A stretch of DNA of 64,000 nt from Candidatus Caldarchaeum subterraneum (GTDB lineage Archaea > Thermoproteota > Nitrososphaeria_A > Caldarchaeales > Caldarchaeaceae). The notes under the pieces are model-generated. The model was not told the DNA's origin. It made no database searches and was given only the letters and a program-made list of their open reading frames with translations. Of this stretch, positions 55,894 through 64,000 are shown one piece after another (position 1 is the first letter of the stretch; each line of letters starts with the position of its first letter). A program made the position numbers and the translations under genes. Where the stretch lies: assembly GCA_000270325.1 (NCBI GenBank), contig BA000048.1, positions 1,413,481-1,477,480 on the forward strand. Direction: 5' to 3'.

Positions 55894-58107
55894 ATGTGGA
55901 ACTGGAGGACGCTCGCCGTCTTCGGCGTAGCTTTTCTCATTAGGGCTGTTTTGGCGCCCTTTTTCGGTCATTCATGGGACATGTATGTTTGGGTTAAAAG
56001 CGGTGAGATGTTCTCCAGCGGCGTCGACGTCTACTCTGTAAAGAATTTGACCGATTTTCCATGGGGTTTCTACGCTTATCCGCCTGTCTGGCTCTACTGG
56101 CTCGGGTTTGCCCATGCTATTTCCGGTTTTTTCCCGAGTCTGAGTTTTCAAGTCTTCGTTATAAAGCTCCCGATTATTTTTGCTGATCTGGCCGTGGCTG
56201 TTCTGGTTTCTAGGCTGGCGGCTGAAACAGGGGGGTTGAAGTATGCTGGATTGGCTTCGCTTCTCTGGCTCTTCAACCCTCTGGTCATCGCGATATCGGC
56301 TGTTTGGGGCATGTTCGACTCGATTGCGGTCGCATTATCCCTTTTCGGCGTCTTGCTAGCCTACCGGAGAAAATATGCGGCCTCGGCGTTTGTGCTGGGA
56401 TTTGGTGGAGCCGTCAAGCTCTACCCATTATTCCTCATGCTTCCGCTGCTAGTCTACATGAGGATAGGTGAACGAATATCCCTCAAGAAATCCCTCTTAA
56501 CAATCATAGCCTGTGTCTCTGGACTAATCTTGCCCGCCGCACCATACATCACCAACCCAATCCCCCTACTCGAGAAGCTGTTCTACCACTTTGGAAACAT
56601 CGGCAGCTTCACCTACTGGACAGCACTCAGCCTCGTATCGCCTCCAGCAGCCATTCCAGCGTTATCCTACGGCTTTTTCGCAGCAATACTCTACATCGTC
56701 TACAGAAGAACTCAAAAAAGCAATAGACCCAGCCTTTTCGACCTCTCACAATTAACATTAGTAGCTTTCCTAGCCACTTCCGCAAAGGTGAACGTCCAAT
56801 ACGTTTTATGGGTTCTGCCCTTTCTCACAATCTCGTCTCTGCGCAGCGCAAGCCGAGAGCTTCGTATGAACACTGTGCTTTTAGTGGTCGCTGGCGTCCT
56901 GTTTATCGCTGCCTCACAGGTGGCGCTCGCCATATTCGACCTGCGAAACCTTGGGAGGATAGTTGTTTCCCGTGAGGTTGAGTCGATGACTATTGGTGGC
57001 GTGGCCTTGGTTCTTTCCGCCATTTTCGGCGGCTCGAGGTTTATTGTTTTGTTTACATCGCTGATAGGTATCCGTAAGAATGTTTGGAATGTTCAGAGAA
57101 TCACTATTGTTTCGCTGTTGGTTGTTTTTGTTCTTGTTATAGCGGTTTTCCCCGTGGGCAGAGGCGTGGTTATGCCAAGGGCCTCGGTTGTCGTCGGAGT
57201 CACAGAGGGTGTTGAAGCCCTCTTCACGAAGACAGAGAGCTTTGGCGTAGAAGGGATTGCTGACAGGCTTTTCATGACTCATCTAGTGATTCCCTTCGGA
57301 CCCGAACCCTACATCTATGGAGGAAACTTTGGCGAATCCTCAAGGTTTAAGCTCACAAACGACATGTGGCTTGAAAAAGATTTGGCAAACCTGGCATCCA
57401 AGCTAAAAACAATGGGGATAAAACCTGTTCTCGGCCTCTACCTCAAGACAAGCTATGTCTCTGTACATTTTGGATACCATGGCTACAACTCTTCCAGATT
57501 ATTATCGGAGTTCGGGAGATGTGTGTCATCCGGCGGGGATATTGTTTTTTCCTGCTTGACTGACACGGGCGAGGTTTTCGGAGATTTTTTGGCTGAAAAA
57601 GTTGTTGCCGCTGTTTCTCGGATGGGGTATGACGGTGTTTATGTTTTGGGGTTTGACTGGATTAGGCCCGACGCAGACATCGATGGCTTTGCACAGTTTG
57701 TCGCGAGCTTGGCAACGAAGGCGAAGAGTAAGGGGCTTCTGGTGTTTGTTGAGGTCGACCCACTGGTAGCGAGATACGGGTTCTCTCCTGCAGTTGAAAA
57801 TGTTTTGACTCATGCCGAATACATCGTTTTGCTCACCAACCCGTTTGTCAAAAATCTTGAGAACCCTCTGCGGGGAAACTATACCATAGCCGAGTACAAG
57901 AGGCTGATGGAGATGTTTGTTGAGAAGGCTTCGGGCCGCGCCAAGGTGCTGTATTCTCTTCACGTCATGGATATTGCCAAGGGTTGGATGACGCCTGCTT
58001 TGCAGGTTCAGCTCGAGGTTAACGAGTTTTCCTCGGTTAGGAATGTTCATGGATATGCTGTTTACCATGTCAGCCGCTATTTGCCGATGAGGCTTACGGT
58101 CAGCTAG
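55894..58107 (+). CDS. GT-C fold (GT87/PIG-M-like) membrane glycosyltransferase with a C-terminal soluble domain
   Basis: HSWD, YAYPP, KLPIIFAD, LFNP...WGMFD, AVKLYP, more than 10 TM, then about 300 aa alpha/beta domain. Confidence 0.7.
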   Translation: MWNWRTLAVFGVAFLIRAVLAPFFGHSWDMYVWVKSGEMFSSGVDVYSVKNLTDFPWGFYAYPPVWLYWLGFAHAISGFFPSLSFQVFVIKLPIIFADLAVAVLVSRLAAETGGLKYAGLASLLWLFNPLVIAISAVWGMFDSIAVALSLFGVLLAYRRKYAASAFVLGFGGAVKLYPLFLMLPLLVYMRIGERISLKKSLLTIIACVSGLILPAAPYITNPIPLLEKLFYHFGNIGSFTYWTALSLVSPPAAIPALSYGFFAAILYIVYRRTQKSNRPSLFDLSQLTLVAFLATSAKVNVQYVLWVLPFLTISSLRSASRELRMNTVLLVVAGVLFIAASQVALAIFDLRNLGRIVVSREVESMTIGGVALVLSAIFGGSRFIVLFTSLIGIRKNVWNVQRITIVSLLVVFVLVIAVFPVGRGVVMPRASVVVGVTEGVEALFTKTESFGVEGIADRLFMTHLVIPFGPEPYIYGGNFGESSRFKLTNDMWLEKDLANLASKLKTMGIKPVLGLYLKTSYVSVHFGYHGYNSSRLLSEFGRCVSSGGDIVFSCLTDTGEVFGDFLAEKVVAAVSRMGYDGVYVLGFDWIRPDADIDGFAQFVASLATKAKSKGLLVFVEVDPLVARYGFSPAVENVLTHAEYIVLLTNPFVKNLENPLRGNYTIAEYKRLMEMFVEKASGRAKVLYSLHVMDIAKGWMTPALQVQLEVNEFSSVRNVHGYAVYHVSRYLPMRLTVS

Positions 58108-58555
58108 TGTCGGGAGGTAGTCGTCTCCATTTCGGCACCTGCGGATAAGCAACACCGTTAATATCCACTACAGCTGTTCCGAGAAGATGTTCCCTGTAAC
58201 GGCCTATCACTGTTTTATGGTTTTGTTTCCCAACCTTCACCGGGTCTCCTCTCATCCACTTTAGGGCATCCTCTTTCGTAAGCTCAACCACATGAGCCTC
58301 TGGAGGCAGTGTGACGAATTTGCAGCCCTCAATAGTTAGGGTGACAAAGTTTTTCCTCTGCTTGGCCACGTAGATACCCGCGTTCATAACTCCTCGGAAA
58401 AGTGTGGCGGCTCGATAAGCTTCTTCCGTCAAGGCCCTTACCTTGCCCTCACCTGTTTTCACGAACACATAACCCTCTGTCAGCAGCCTTGCCCCGAAGC
58501 CCTTCAACACCTCGTCAGAGAGATGTTGAAGCTCATGTCTCTCCATCTTTTTCAA
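58100..58555 (-). CDS. PUA-like protein associated with m5C methyltransferase (NIP7/RsmF C-terminal-like)
   Basis: GIYVAK...LTIEG...VELTKEDALKWMRG...VPKWRR; adjacent to the NOL1/NOP2 gene. Confidence 0.65.
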   Translation of the reverse strand: MKKMERHELQHLSDEVLKGFGARLLTEGYVFVKTGEGKVRALTEEAYRAATLFRGVMNAGIYVAKQRKNFVTLTIEGCKFVTLPPEAHVVELTKEDALKWMRGDPVKVGKQNHKTVIGRYREHLLGTAVVDINGVAYPQVPKWRRLPPDTS

Positions 58556-58564
58556 GCCTAGTGC

Positions 58565-59497
58565 TCACCCAGGCTTCCTAATCTTAGCTATGTAAAAGCC
58601 CTCGGCACCGCTCTGAAAAGGCCATATCCTCACTGTCTTACGCACCTCTGGTGAAAAAATTCGTCCACCCCATTCATCAAACCCCCAATCACACTCGAGA
58701 CCGTTTAGCTTAATCGGAAGTACTTCAGCCTCTTCAAATTTCTCCAACAAATTGTTCACGACGGTCTCGTTTTCGAATGGATGGAACGTGCAGGTGGAAT
58801 ATATCAGAATGCCTCCGGGCTTTAGGGCCATGTATCCGGAGAACAATAGGCTTGTCTGAAGCCTAGACAGCCTCGCCGAGGAACCCGTTGTCCAGTTTCG
58901 TAAAACGCTCCAGTCTTTGGAGCCTATGCCGAGAGATGTGCAGGGCGCGTCTATCATGACTCTGTCAAACATCCCCCTATACCTGTAGCCGAACCTTCTC
59001 CCGTCCGCGAGGGTCAACACACCGTTAACAACCCCGCATCTCTGCATGTTAGATGAGAGGGCTTTGATACGTGTCCTCGAGACATCGTTTGCCACAACCA
59101 CGCCTTCACCTCTCAACCTGGCCGCTATGTGAGTTGTTTTGCTGCCTGGGGCGGCGCAGAGGTCGAGGACCCAGTGACCAGGCTCAACGTCCAAAAGCTC
59201 GGTGACAAGAATTGAGACGGGGCCCTGAGCATAAACATAGCCCAACATGTGCCAGAGAGAATCAGTCAACAACCCCTCCGGCTCCGCGTAAAAACCATCG
59301 ACCGTGAACGGAATCCTTCTAACGGTCAACCCCTCCTCTCGGAGCAGAATTAGACAATTTTCCCGGTCTATCTTGAGGGTGTTGACGCGGAAAGAATCAG
59401 GCAGCGGCCTAGAATACGCTTCGAGAAGCATGTCCATTTTATCGGGGATTATTGCCTCGAGGAAACTTCTCAATTCCTGTGACAGCTGAACACTCAT
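58565..59497 (-). CDS. RsmB/NOL1/NOP2 family RNA m5C methyltransferase
   Basis: RVNTLK, DLCAAPGSKT, DAPCT, YSTCT...ENE, EGFYIAK. Confidence 0.92.
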   Translation of the reverse strand: MSVQLSQELRSFLEAIIPDKMDMLLEAYSRPLPDSFRVNTLKIDRENCLILLREEGLTVRRIPFTVDGFYAEPEGLLTDSLWHMLGYVYAQGPVSILVTELLDVEPGHWVLDLCAAPGSKTTHIAARLRGEGVVVANDVSRTRIKALSSNMQRCGVVNGVLTLADGRRFGYRYRGMFDRVMIDAPCTSLGIGSKDWSVLRNWTTGSSARLSRLQTSLLFSGYMALKPGGILIYSTCTFHPFENETVVNNLLEKFEEAEVLPIKLNGLECDWGFDEWGGRIFSPEVRKTVRIWPFQSGAEGFYIAKIRKPG

Positions 59498-60117
59498 TTT
59501 AACACACGACCCGTTGCAGACGCCCAAATCAATAGGTCAAGCTCCGCGGGCGTTAAACCAATTTTCTCCGCATGGCTGACAAATTTTCTCTCATAGTCAA
59601 GGTAGCGCCATGGCGAAAAAGGGGAATCCACCTTGTTGATAATTCTGTTAGCGGCCATGTATCTAAGTATGTGTCTGTCGAGAATCGCGAGTCCATCGAA
59701 ACCGATGTTACGTAGAAAATGGCTCGCCTCCTTCATCCCCAGCCCCACCACAACATCCACAAGAAATCTCCTTATCTCCACATGCGACCTCCCACTTCTA
59801 ACAACAGCAAGAACATCACCAAACATCTTCAACGCGTCAACGATATGCCGAGCCTTTGTTCTATGAAACCTTACACCCGAATTCCTCAAAACAGATTCTA
59901 TCCTTGAAATTTCTCCTTGCCATAGAGCCCCCTTGTCGAAGAGTTTCTCAACCGCGGTTAATGCGCATAGTGCTTTGGTCTGTGGAGTGCACAAACAGTA
60001 GACAAGCTCCTCCAAAACCCTGTCATCATCGAAAAAATTTCGCCTAAACTGTTGGACAACAACTCTGATTTCATCCCTGTAGAGTGGCAGCTTCGACAAT
60101 ACGGCAGATGTCTTCAT
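59494..60117 (-). CDS. ogg: 8-oxoguanine DNA glycosylase/AP lyase (archaeal Ogg)
   Basis: ELVYCLCTPQ, GVRFH..KA, GLGMKEASHFLRN, AILDRHIL, DLLIW...VLK. Confidence 0.9.
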   Translation of the reverse strand: MKTSAVLSKLPLYRDEIRVVVQQFRRNFFDDDRVLEELVYCLCTPQTKALCALTAVEKLFDKGALWQGEISRIESVLRNSGVRFHRTKARHIVDALKMFGDVLAVVRSGRSHVEIRRFLVDVVVGLGMKEASHFLRNIGFDGLAILDRHILRYMAANRIINKVDSPFSPWRYLDYERKFVSHAEKIGLTPAELDLLIWASATGRVLK

Positions 60118-61580
60118 CTATGGTCTTTGGTTGCCGAGCTCCTTTTAAAGAAAAGTTTGGTCTGCCCCATCGTCATAAGGCTGCTCGTTCTCACTTTCAG
60201 CATCAGCGGAATGTCCGAGACTATTTTGCCGAGTACGAGGCAGCGTCTTGGCGGCATCTTCTTGACGAGTAGCTTCACGGTTTCGGAGTCGATTTTCGAT
60301 ATTTTTGAAATTTTTTCTAGGTCTGTGTCGTTTGTGAAGTTGAACAGGAAAATGTTGTCGGCCTGTCTGTATACCAGCTCGGGTATGGTGTCTGGCTGAT
60401 TTGTTACAAAGATGGGGAACATTCCTATGTGTCTCATTCTAGTTACTAGGTCTTCCCAATAGGTCTCCCGGAGGTATAGATGTGCTTCCTCAGCTAACAG
60501 GAAAAGAGGCTCAATCTTGTTTGACGAGAGTAGCGTCGAGAGGTGGCTGAGTAGGTATTCGACGACAAGTCTTCTTGTGCTAGGTAGCAGTTTGGAGAGG
60601 TTGACCACGGTGACGTTTCCGCCTGGTCTTGGTTTGAGTAGTTCTGCGAGGTCTGTGGGGTCGTTGTCGGAAATGAAGCCTGAAGAGTTGATGCTCTCCA
60701 GCCTCGAGAGCAGGGCCTCGCGCACAGCCTCGTTCATCGGCTCGTTTTCCACAACATCCATCAAGTCGTCTAGACAGAAGTCTCCACATTCTTTTTCAAG
60801 CTTCTTCCATATTCTTCCAAGCTCTCTTAAGCTGGTTGCCGGAGTTCCGTAGACATGCTCCATTATGTCGTGAAAGGTCTTCAGCCCCATCATCCTCAAC
60901 GAGGCAGTGAAGTTTCTGCCAGGATGCAGAAGTGTAAGGGCGTCTGCGAGGTCGCTTTTACCGCCGTCAAACCTTTTATCCAGACTAAGGTACTCGCCGT
61001 TGACATCAAGCACAACAACGGTTCCCCCATTTGACACGATTCCCTCCACAATTATTTTGGCGAGATGTGATTTCCCGCTCTCTTTCTTTCCTGTTATGAT
61101 TGTTAGGCTGCCGTCAAGCCTAGTCAACGGAAGGTTTATCGGCTCTCCCCCTACTGTGCCGGGGCAGAAGAGAAATTGGTTTTCATCTCCAAGTATGAGC
61201 TGGTGGAGGAGATGTGGCCCGGCTTTTTCATGTGTGGCCGTGTATCTGCTTGGGAGCCATGGCGATGTTTGGGCCTGTAAACCGTTGTGGAAAATGGCGC
61301 GGACTTTGGCCGTTACGCACCGGACCTCCCGAACCATCATGGAGAGTGAGGATGTGTTGTAGGGGTCGAGTGAAGATACTCCATCAACCTCCGCGACTAT
61401 CAATTCTCTCAAAAGCTCCTCCACTCCCCCCGGCAAGTCAACATAACCGACGTCAACGACCTGTGCGAGCAGGAAACTATTTCCTTCACCTAATTTGATG
61501 TAGTCACCTATCTCAAAGTCGAGCTCTGAGGGCATGCATAGCAGCTCAAGAGTTTCTCCATGTTTCTGTAATATTTTCAT
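60114..61580 (-). CDS. herA: HerA/FtsK-like ATPase (DUF87)
   Basis: N-terminal HAS-barrel-like region, ITGKKESGKS, LDVNGEY, EEAH, RMRHIG, TNQP. Confidence 0.8.
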   Translation of the reverse strand: MKILQKHGETLELLCMPSELDFEIGDYIKLGEGNSFLLAQVVDVGYVDLPGGVEELLRELIVAEVDGVSSLDPYNTSSLSMMVREVRCVTAKVRAIFHNGLQAQTSPWLPSRYTATHEKAGPHLLHQLILGDENQFLFCPGTVGGEPINLPLTRLDGSLTIITGKKESGKSHLAKIIVEGIVSNGGTVVVLDVNGEYLSLDKRFDGGKSDLADALTLLHPGRNFTASLRMMGLKTFHDIMEHVYGTPATSLRELGRIWKKLEKECGDFCLDDLMDVVENEPMNEAVREALLSRLESINSSGFISDNDPTDLAELLKPRPGGNVTVVNLSKLLPSTRRLVVEYLLSHLSTLLSSNKIEPLFLLAEEAHLYLRETYWEDLVTRMRHIGMFPIFVTNQPDTIPELVYRQADNIFLFNFTNDTDLEKISKISKIDSETVKLLVKKMPPRRCLVLGKIVSDIPLMLKVRTSSLMTMGQTKLFFKRSSATKDHR

Positions 61581-61587
61581 CTCTCTT

Positions 61588-62595
61588 TCACGAGTGTGTC
61601 AGCGGCCCAAAGAGGAAGCTTCTTAACGATGGTGATTGTGTGAACTTAATCTTGTGAAGAGCTTCGAGCCGAGCGCATATAGAGAGGATGTCTAATCGGC
61701 TGAGCTTTGCAAGCTGATGCGCCAGTATCAAAGACTCCGGATAGCCGTAGATGATTGCCTCGCTTGAGAGAAGTTGGTTGAGAAGCTGGATATCGTCGGC
61801 GGCGGAGACATCGACTCTGAAGGGAAAATATCGTGGCGAGAGGTGGGCCACGTATATTGAGCCGCAGTAGACTGGCCAACGCTCCGTCCTGCGCGGAGGC
61901 AGCTTAACGACGTAGGGGGGTGCCATGGTGCCTGCGACCGAGAGAATGTTTCGGCCCTGCAGAGTTAACGTGGTTGATTTAGAGAACGCGGCTACGCCGA
62001 GGCCGTTGCGATGGGACGACTCAACTATGCGGGCAACGACCTCTACGGGACTGTCGGCAGGACCTGCGGTCAAAGCTCCGTCGAGAAGAAGAATTCCGCC
62101 CTCTATAATTTGTGAGGCATGTAGTTGGAGAACTTTTTCGAAAAGGTTTCCGACAAGCTTGGGTGCGGTGGTTTGGTGGAAGGATGGTGTTTTGCCGTCC
62201 ACACCCAAAACATCAAAAAGTGATGAAAGTATCATGTCCACGTTGCGTGGAGAAGATGTGTAGACGAAGGGGCCGACCAACATAACCTCCAGCCCAGAAA
62301 CGTTTTTCCTCACTATGCTTCCGCGGACAGCCCAGAGGCCACCCTCCGCCGAGTCGGCAATCTTCACAGTGGACATGTCGCATGCAACAACAGGAACCCT
62401 TACCCCCGCCGGCTCTAGAGGAATGGCATCACATCCATCCATGTCCAGCTGGAACTCGTCTTCTTGGCTGTCGGTTGACGCTGTTTCTATCGCGACGGTG
62501 TGGTTTTTTAGACCAGTGAGGCTGTTTTGGGCTGTTTGTGTGAATGTTTCTAGGAGGGTTTGTAAGTGATGTTGTTGAATGGTCAGATTGCTCAT
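61588..62595 (-). CDS. nurA: NurA-like nuclease
   Basis: VACDMS, LLLDGAL, FSKS, FRVD, YGYPESLILAH; immediately upstream of herA; ATG 62595 preferred. Confidence 0.7.
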   Translation of the reverse strand: MSNLTIQQHHLQTLLETFTQTAQNSLTGLKNHTVAIETASTDSQEDEFQLDMDGCDAIPLEPAGVRVPVVACDMSTVKIADSAEGGLWAVRGSIVRKNVSGLEVMLVGPFVYTSSPRNVDMILSSLFDVLGVDGKTPSFHQTTAPKLVGNLFEKVLQLHASQIIEGGILLLDGALTAGPADSPVEVVARIVESSHRNGLGVAAFSKSTTLTLQGRNILSVAGTMAPPYVVKLPPRRTERWPVYCGSIYVAHLSPRYFPFRVDVSAADDIQLLNQLLSSEAIIYGYPESLILAHQLAKLSRLDILSICARLEALHKIKFTQSPSLRSFLFGPLTHS

Positions 62596-62599
62596 GATG

Positions 62600-62645
62600 T
62601 TCAACAACTTCACAGAAAGATTGGAGTTGTTGAAGTATTTAAATA
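62600..62645. promoter_or_regulatory. Inverted repeat plus palindromic TATA between nurA and a wHTH gene
   Basis: TTCAACAACT (62600-62609) / AGTTGTTGAA (62625-62634); perfect palindrome TATTTAAATA (62636-62645). Confidence 0.5.
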
Positions 62646-62676
62646 TTGCGCAACATGAGCAATAAACAGAACACAA

Positions 62677-63081
62677 TTGACAACAGCAAAAATCAAAATC
62701 AACATAGGCAACATAACGGTGGAAATAGAGGCTCCCGTCGACAAAATAGAAGAAGCCGTCAAAAACACCATCGCAGCCATCCGTTCAACAGAACAAGCAA
62801 CACCACAGCCGCAGACACAAACACGCAAACCAGTCACCTGTAAGAAAGCGGTGGAAGATTTGCTTGCCGATGGATGGCTTCAAACGGGCAGGACACTCGC
62901 TGAAGTTGTTTCCGAGCTCGAGAGACGCGGATTCCTATACGACACAACGGCCGTGGCCCATGTCCTGCTCGACCTCGTCAGAGAAGGAAAGCTCGAGAGA
63001 GTCGGAGAACCCCGTCGCTACATTTACCTAGCCAAGAAAACATCAGTCACTCAACGCTTAGAAGAAAACTCCACAAGATAA
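62677..63081 (+). CDS. Winged-helix protein with N-terminal beta-hairpin domain
   Basis: KIKINIGNITVEIEA; RTLAEVVSELERRG...LLDLVREGKLER...YIY. Confidence 0.7.
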   Translation: MTTAKIKINIGNITVEIEAPVDKIEEAVKNTIAAIRSTEQATPQPQTQTRKPVTCKKAVEDLLADGWLQTGRTLAEVVSELERRGFLYDTTAVAHVLLDLVREGKLERVGEPRRYIYLAKKTSVTQRLEENSTR

Positions 63082-63530
63082 TCGAGGCCATAAGGAGTGA
63101 TAGTGTAGCCGCCGCGTCCAACCCTTTTCAGCAAACTCTTCTGCACAAGCTCAGACAACCGGCCCGAGACCGTTTTCTCAGGCTTTCCAAGGGCTGAAGC
63201 AGCCTCTGAAGCGAGAAACTCGCCGCTGTCAGAATGACCGAGCAACTTGTTCAAGTAACGTGTCGAAGCATAGAGCAGCAGCGCTTCAGCTGTAGGTAAT
63301 TTGGACAAATCCGTTCTTAGATAGATTCCCTGCGAAGAGTCGTAGCTAACCCAGTCCTTGATTTTGTCGAGAATCTCCTCTACGCCGGCGGAGCTGCGCA
63401 GCTTTGAGGCAAGTGAGTAGGCTGGAATGTTTTTCTCGAGAAACTTTAGCACGCTTTGATAAACATCGGCGGGATCACCTTCAAAGTCCGCCCGCAACTC
63501 ACCGTAAGTAATAGTGATTTTCAGCTGCAT
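63051..63530 (-). CDS. Winged-helix protein with N-terminal beta-hairpin domain
   Basis: LKITITYGELRADFEG; EAASALGKPEKTVSGRLSELV...GYTIT. Confidence 0.72.
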   Translation of the reverse strand: MQLKITITYGELRADFEGDPADVYQSVLKFLEKNIPAYSLASKLRSSAGVEEILDKIKDWVSYDSSQGIYLRTDLSKLPTAEALLLYASTRYLNKLLGHSDSGEFLASEAASALGKPEKTVSGRLSELVQKSLLKRVGRGGYTITPYGLDYLVEFSSKR

Positions 63531-64000
63531 TTACTCACCCTCGATAGCTTTCATGCCTGTTGAAGGCTTAAAAAAGTAACGCCCTTCGTCGTCGCGGTCG
63601 ACAACACCTTCTTTCCACAATTCGCTGAGACGTGCACGAGCTACTTTTTCATCGATGTGTAGAATCTGCGCTACACGTTTGGGGCTTAGACCATCGGAGT
63701 CAAGGAAACCTAGTCGTCGGCCTGCATAGGCTCCTGCGAGACAGTAAACAATTCGTTTCTTTGTATCGGCTTCTGCGACTACATCTATGCCACCGTTGTT
63801 GACAACCACTTTTCCAATCATCTTCTCAAGCAGCTTACCCAAATCAACCTGTCCACTCAGCTTTGCAACAGCTTCAACAGGGCCGAGACGCTCGGAAAAA
63901 TAGCGGTTGACTAGCGCCCACACCTCCTCCTTATCGCCGCTGAACTCAACCTCGTTACCTCCATGCCTGATTCTAACCGTAACAACCGTGTCTCCGCTCA
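63531..64000 (-). CDS. Winged-helix protein, paralog of 63051-63530 (start at or beyond the window edge)
   Basis: Frame stays open to the edge: SGDTVVTVRIRHGGNEVEFSGDKEEVW...; VAQILHIDEKVARARLSELWKEG. Confidence 0.72.
   Translation of the reverse strand, partial: SGDTVVTVRIRHGGNEVEFSGDKEEVWALVNRYFSERLGPVEAVAKLSGQVDLGKLLEKMIGKVVVNNGGIDVVAEADTKKRIVYCLAGAYAGRRLGFLDSDGLSPKRVAQILHIDEKVARARLSELWKEGVVDRDDEGRYFFKPSTGMKAIEGE

Noticed and set aside
62646..62700. Frameshift joining ATG 62655 to the wHTH gene across an A5 run
   Set aside because: That ATG is only about 10 nt from the TATA box; TTG 62677 fits promoter spacing without a shift
1..64000. CRISPR arrays, IS elements, rRNA
   Set aside because: No regularly spaced repeats, transposase ORFs or long non-coding stretches seen by eye

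Overview
Gene-dense archaeal chromosome segment with no integrase, transposase, CRISPR array or rRNA that I could see. Gene content (archaellum, B1-type PolB, archaeal GAPDH, Dph5, RtcA, proteasome beta, a C/D box sRNA) and above all a eukaryote-like ubiquitin cluster point to an Aigarchaeota genome. From memory, the ubiquitin sequence matches or closely resembles 'Candidatus Caldiarchaeum subterraneum'; I could not run a search to confirm this. The centrepiece (22-27.7 kb) is a JAMM/Rpn11 deubiquitinase divergent from ubiquitin (GG plus propeptide), E2, E1 and a small RING E3. That core has already been described in Caldiarchaeum. It is flanked by genes I do not recognise as part of the described core: three coiled-coil proteins and a second, membrane-anchored (about 4 TM) RING protein whose Cys/His spacing is identical to the soluble E3. 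This suggests an extended, membrane-linked ubiquitination module. The rest of the window holds an archaellum cluster with a frameshifted archaellin, a liv ABC transporter, pgk/gap, tRNA-Ala(GGC), an HMG-CoA synthase/thiolase/DUF35 operon whose thiolase lacks the catalytic cysteines, scattered complex I genes (NuoI with a large insert), a heme-copper oxidase with split subunit II, thiamine/riboflavin/NAD genes, a probably non-catalytic proteasome beta, and a nurA-herA-ogg-m5C MTase operon facing three related winged-helix genes. Three single-base frameshifts may be sequencing errors. All product calls come from motif recognition only.
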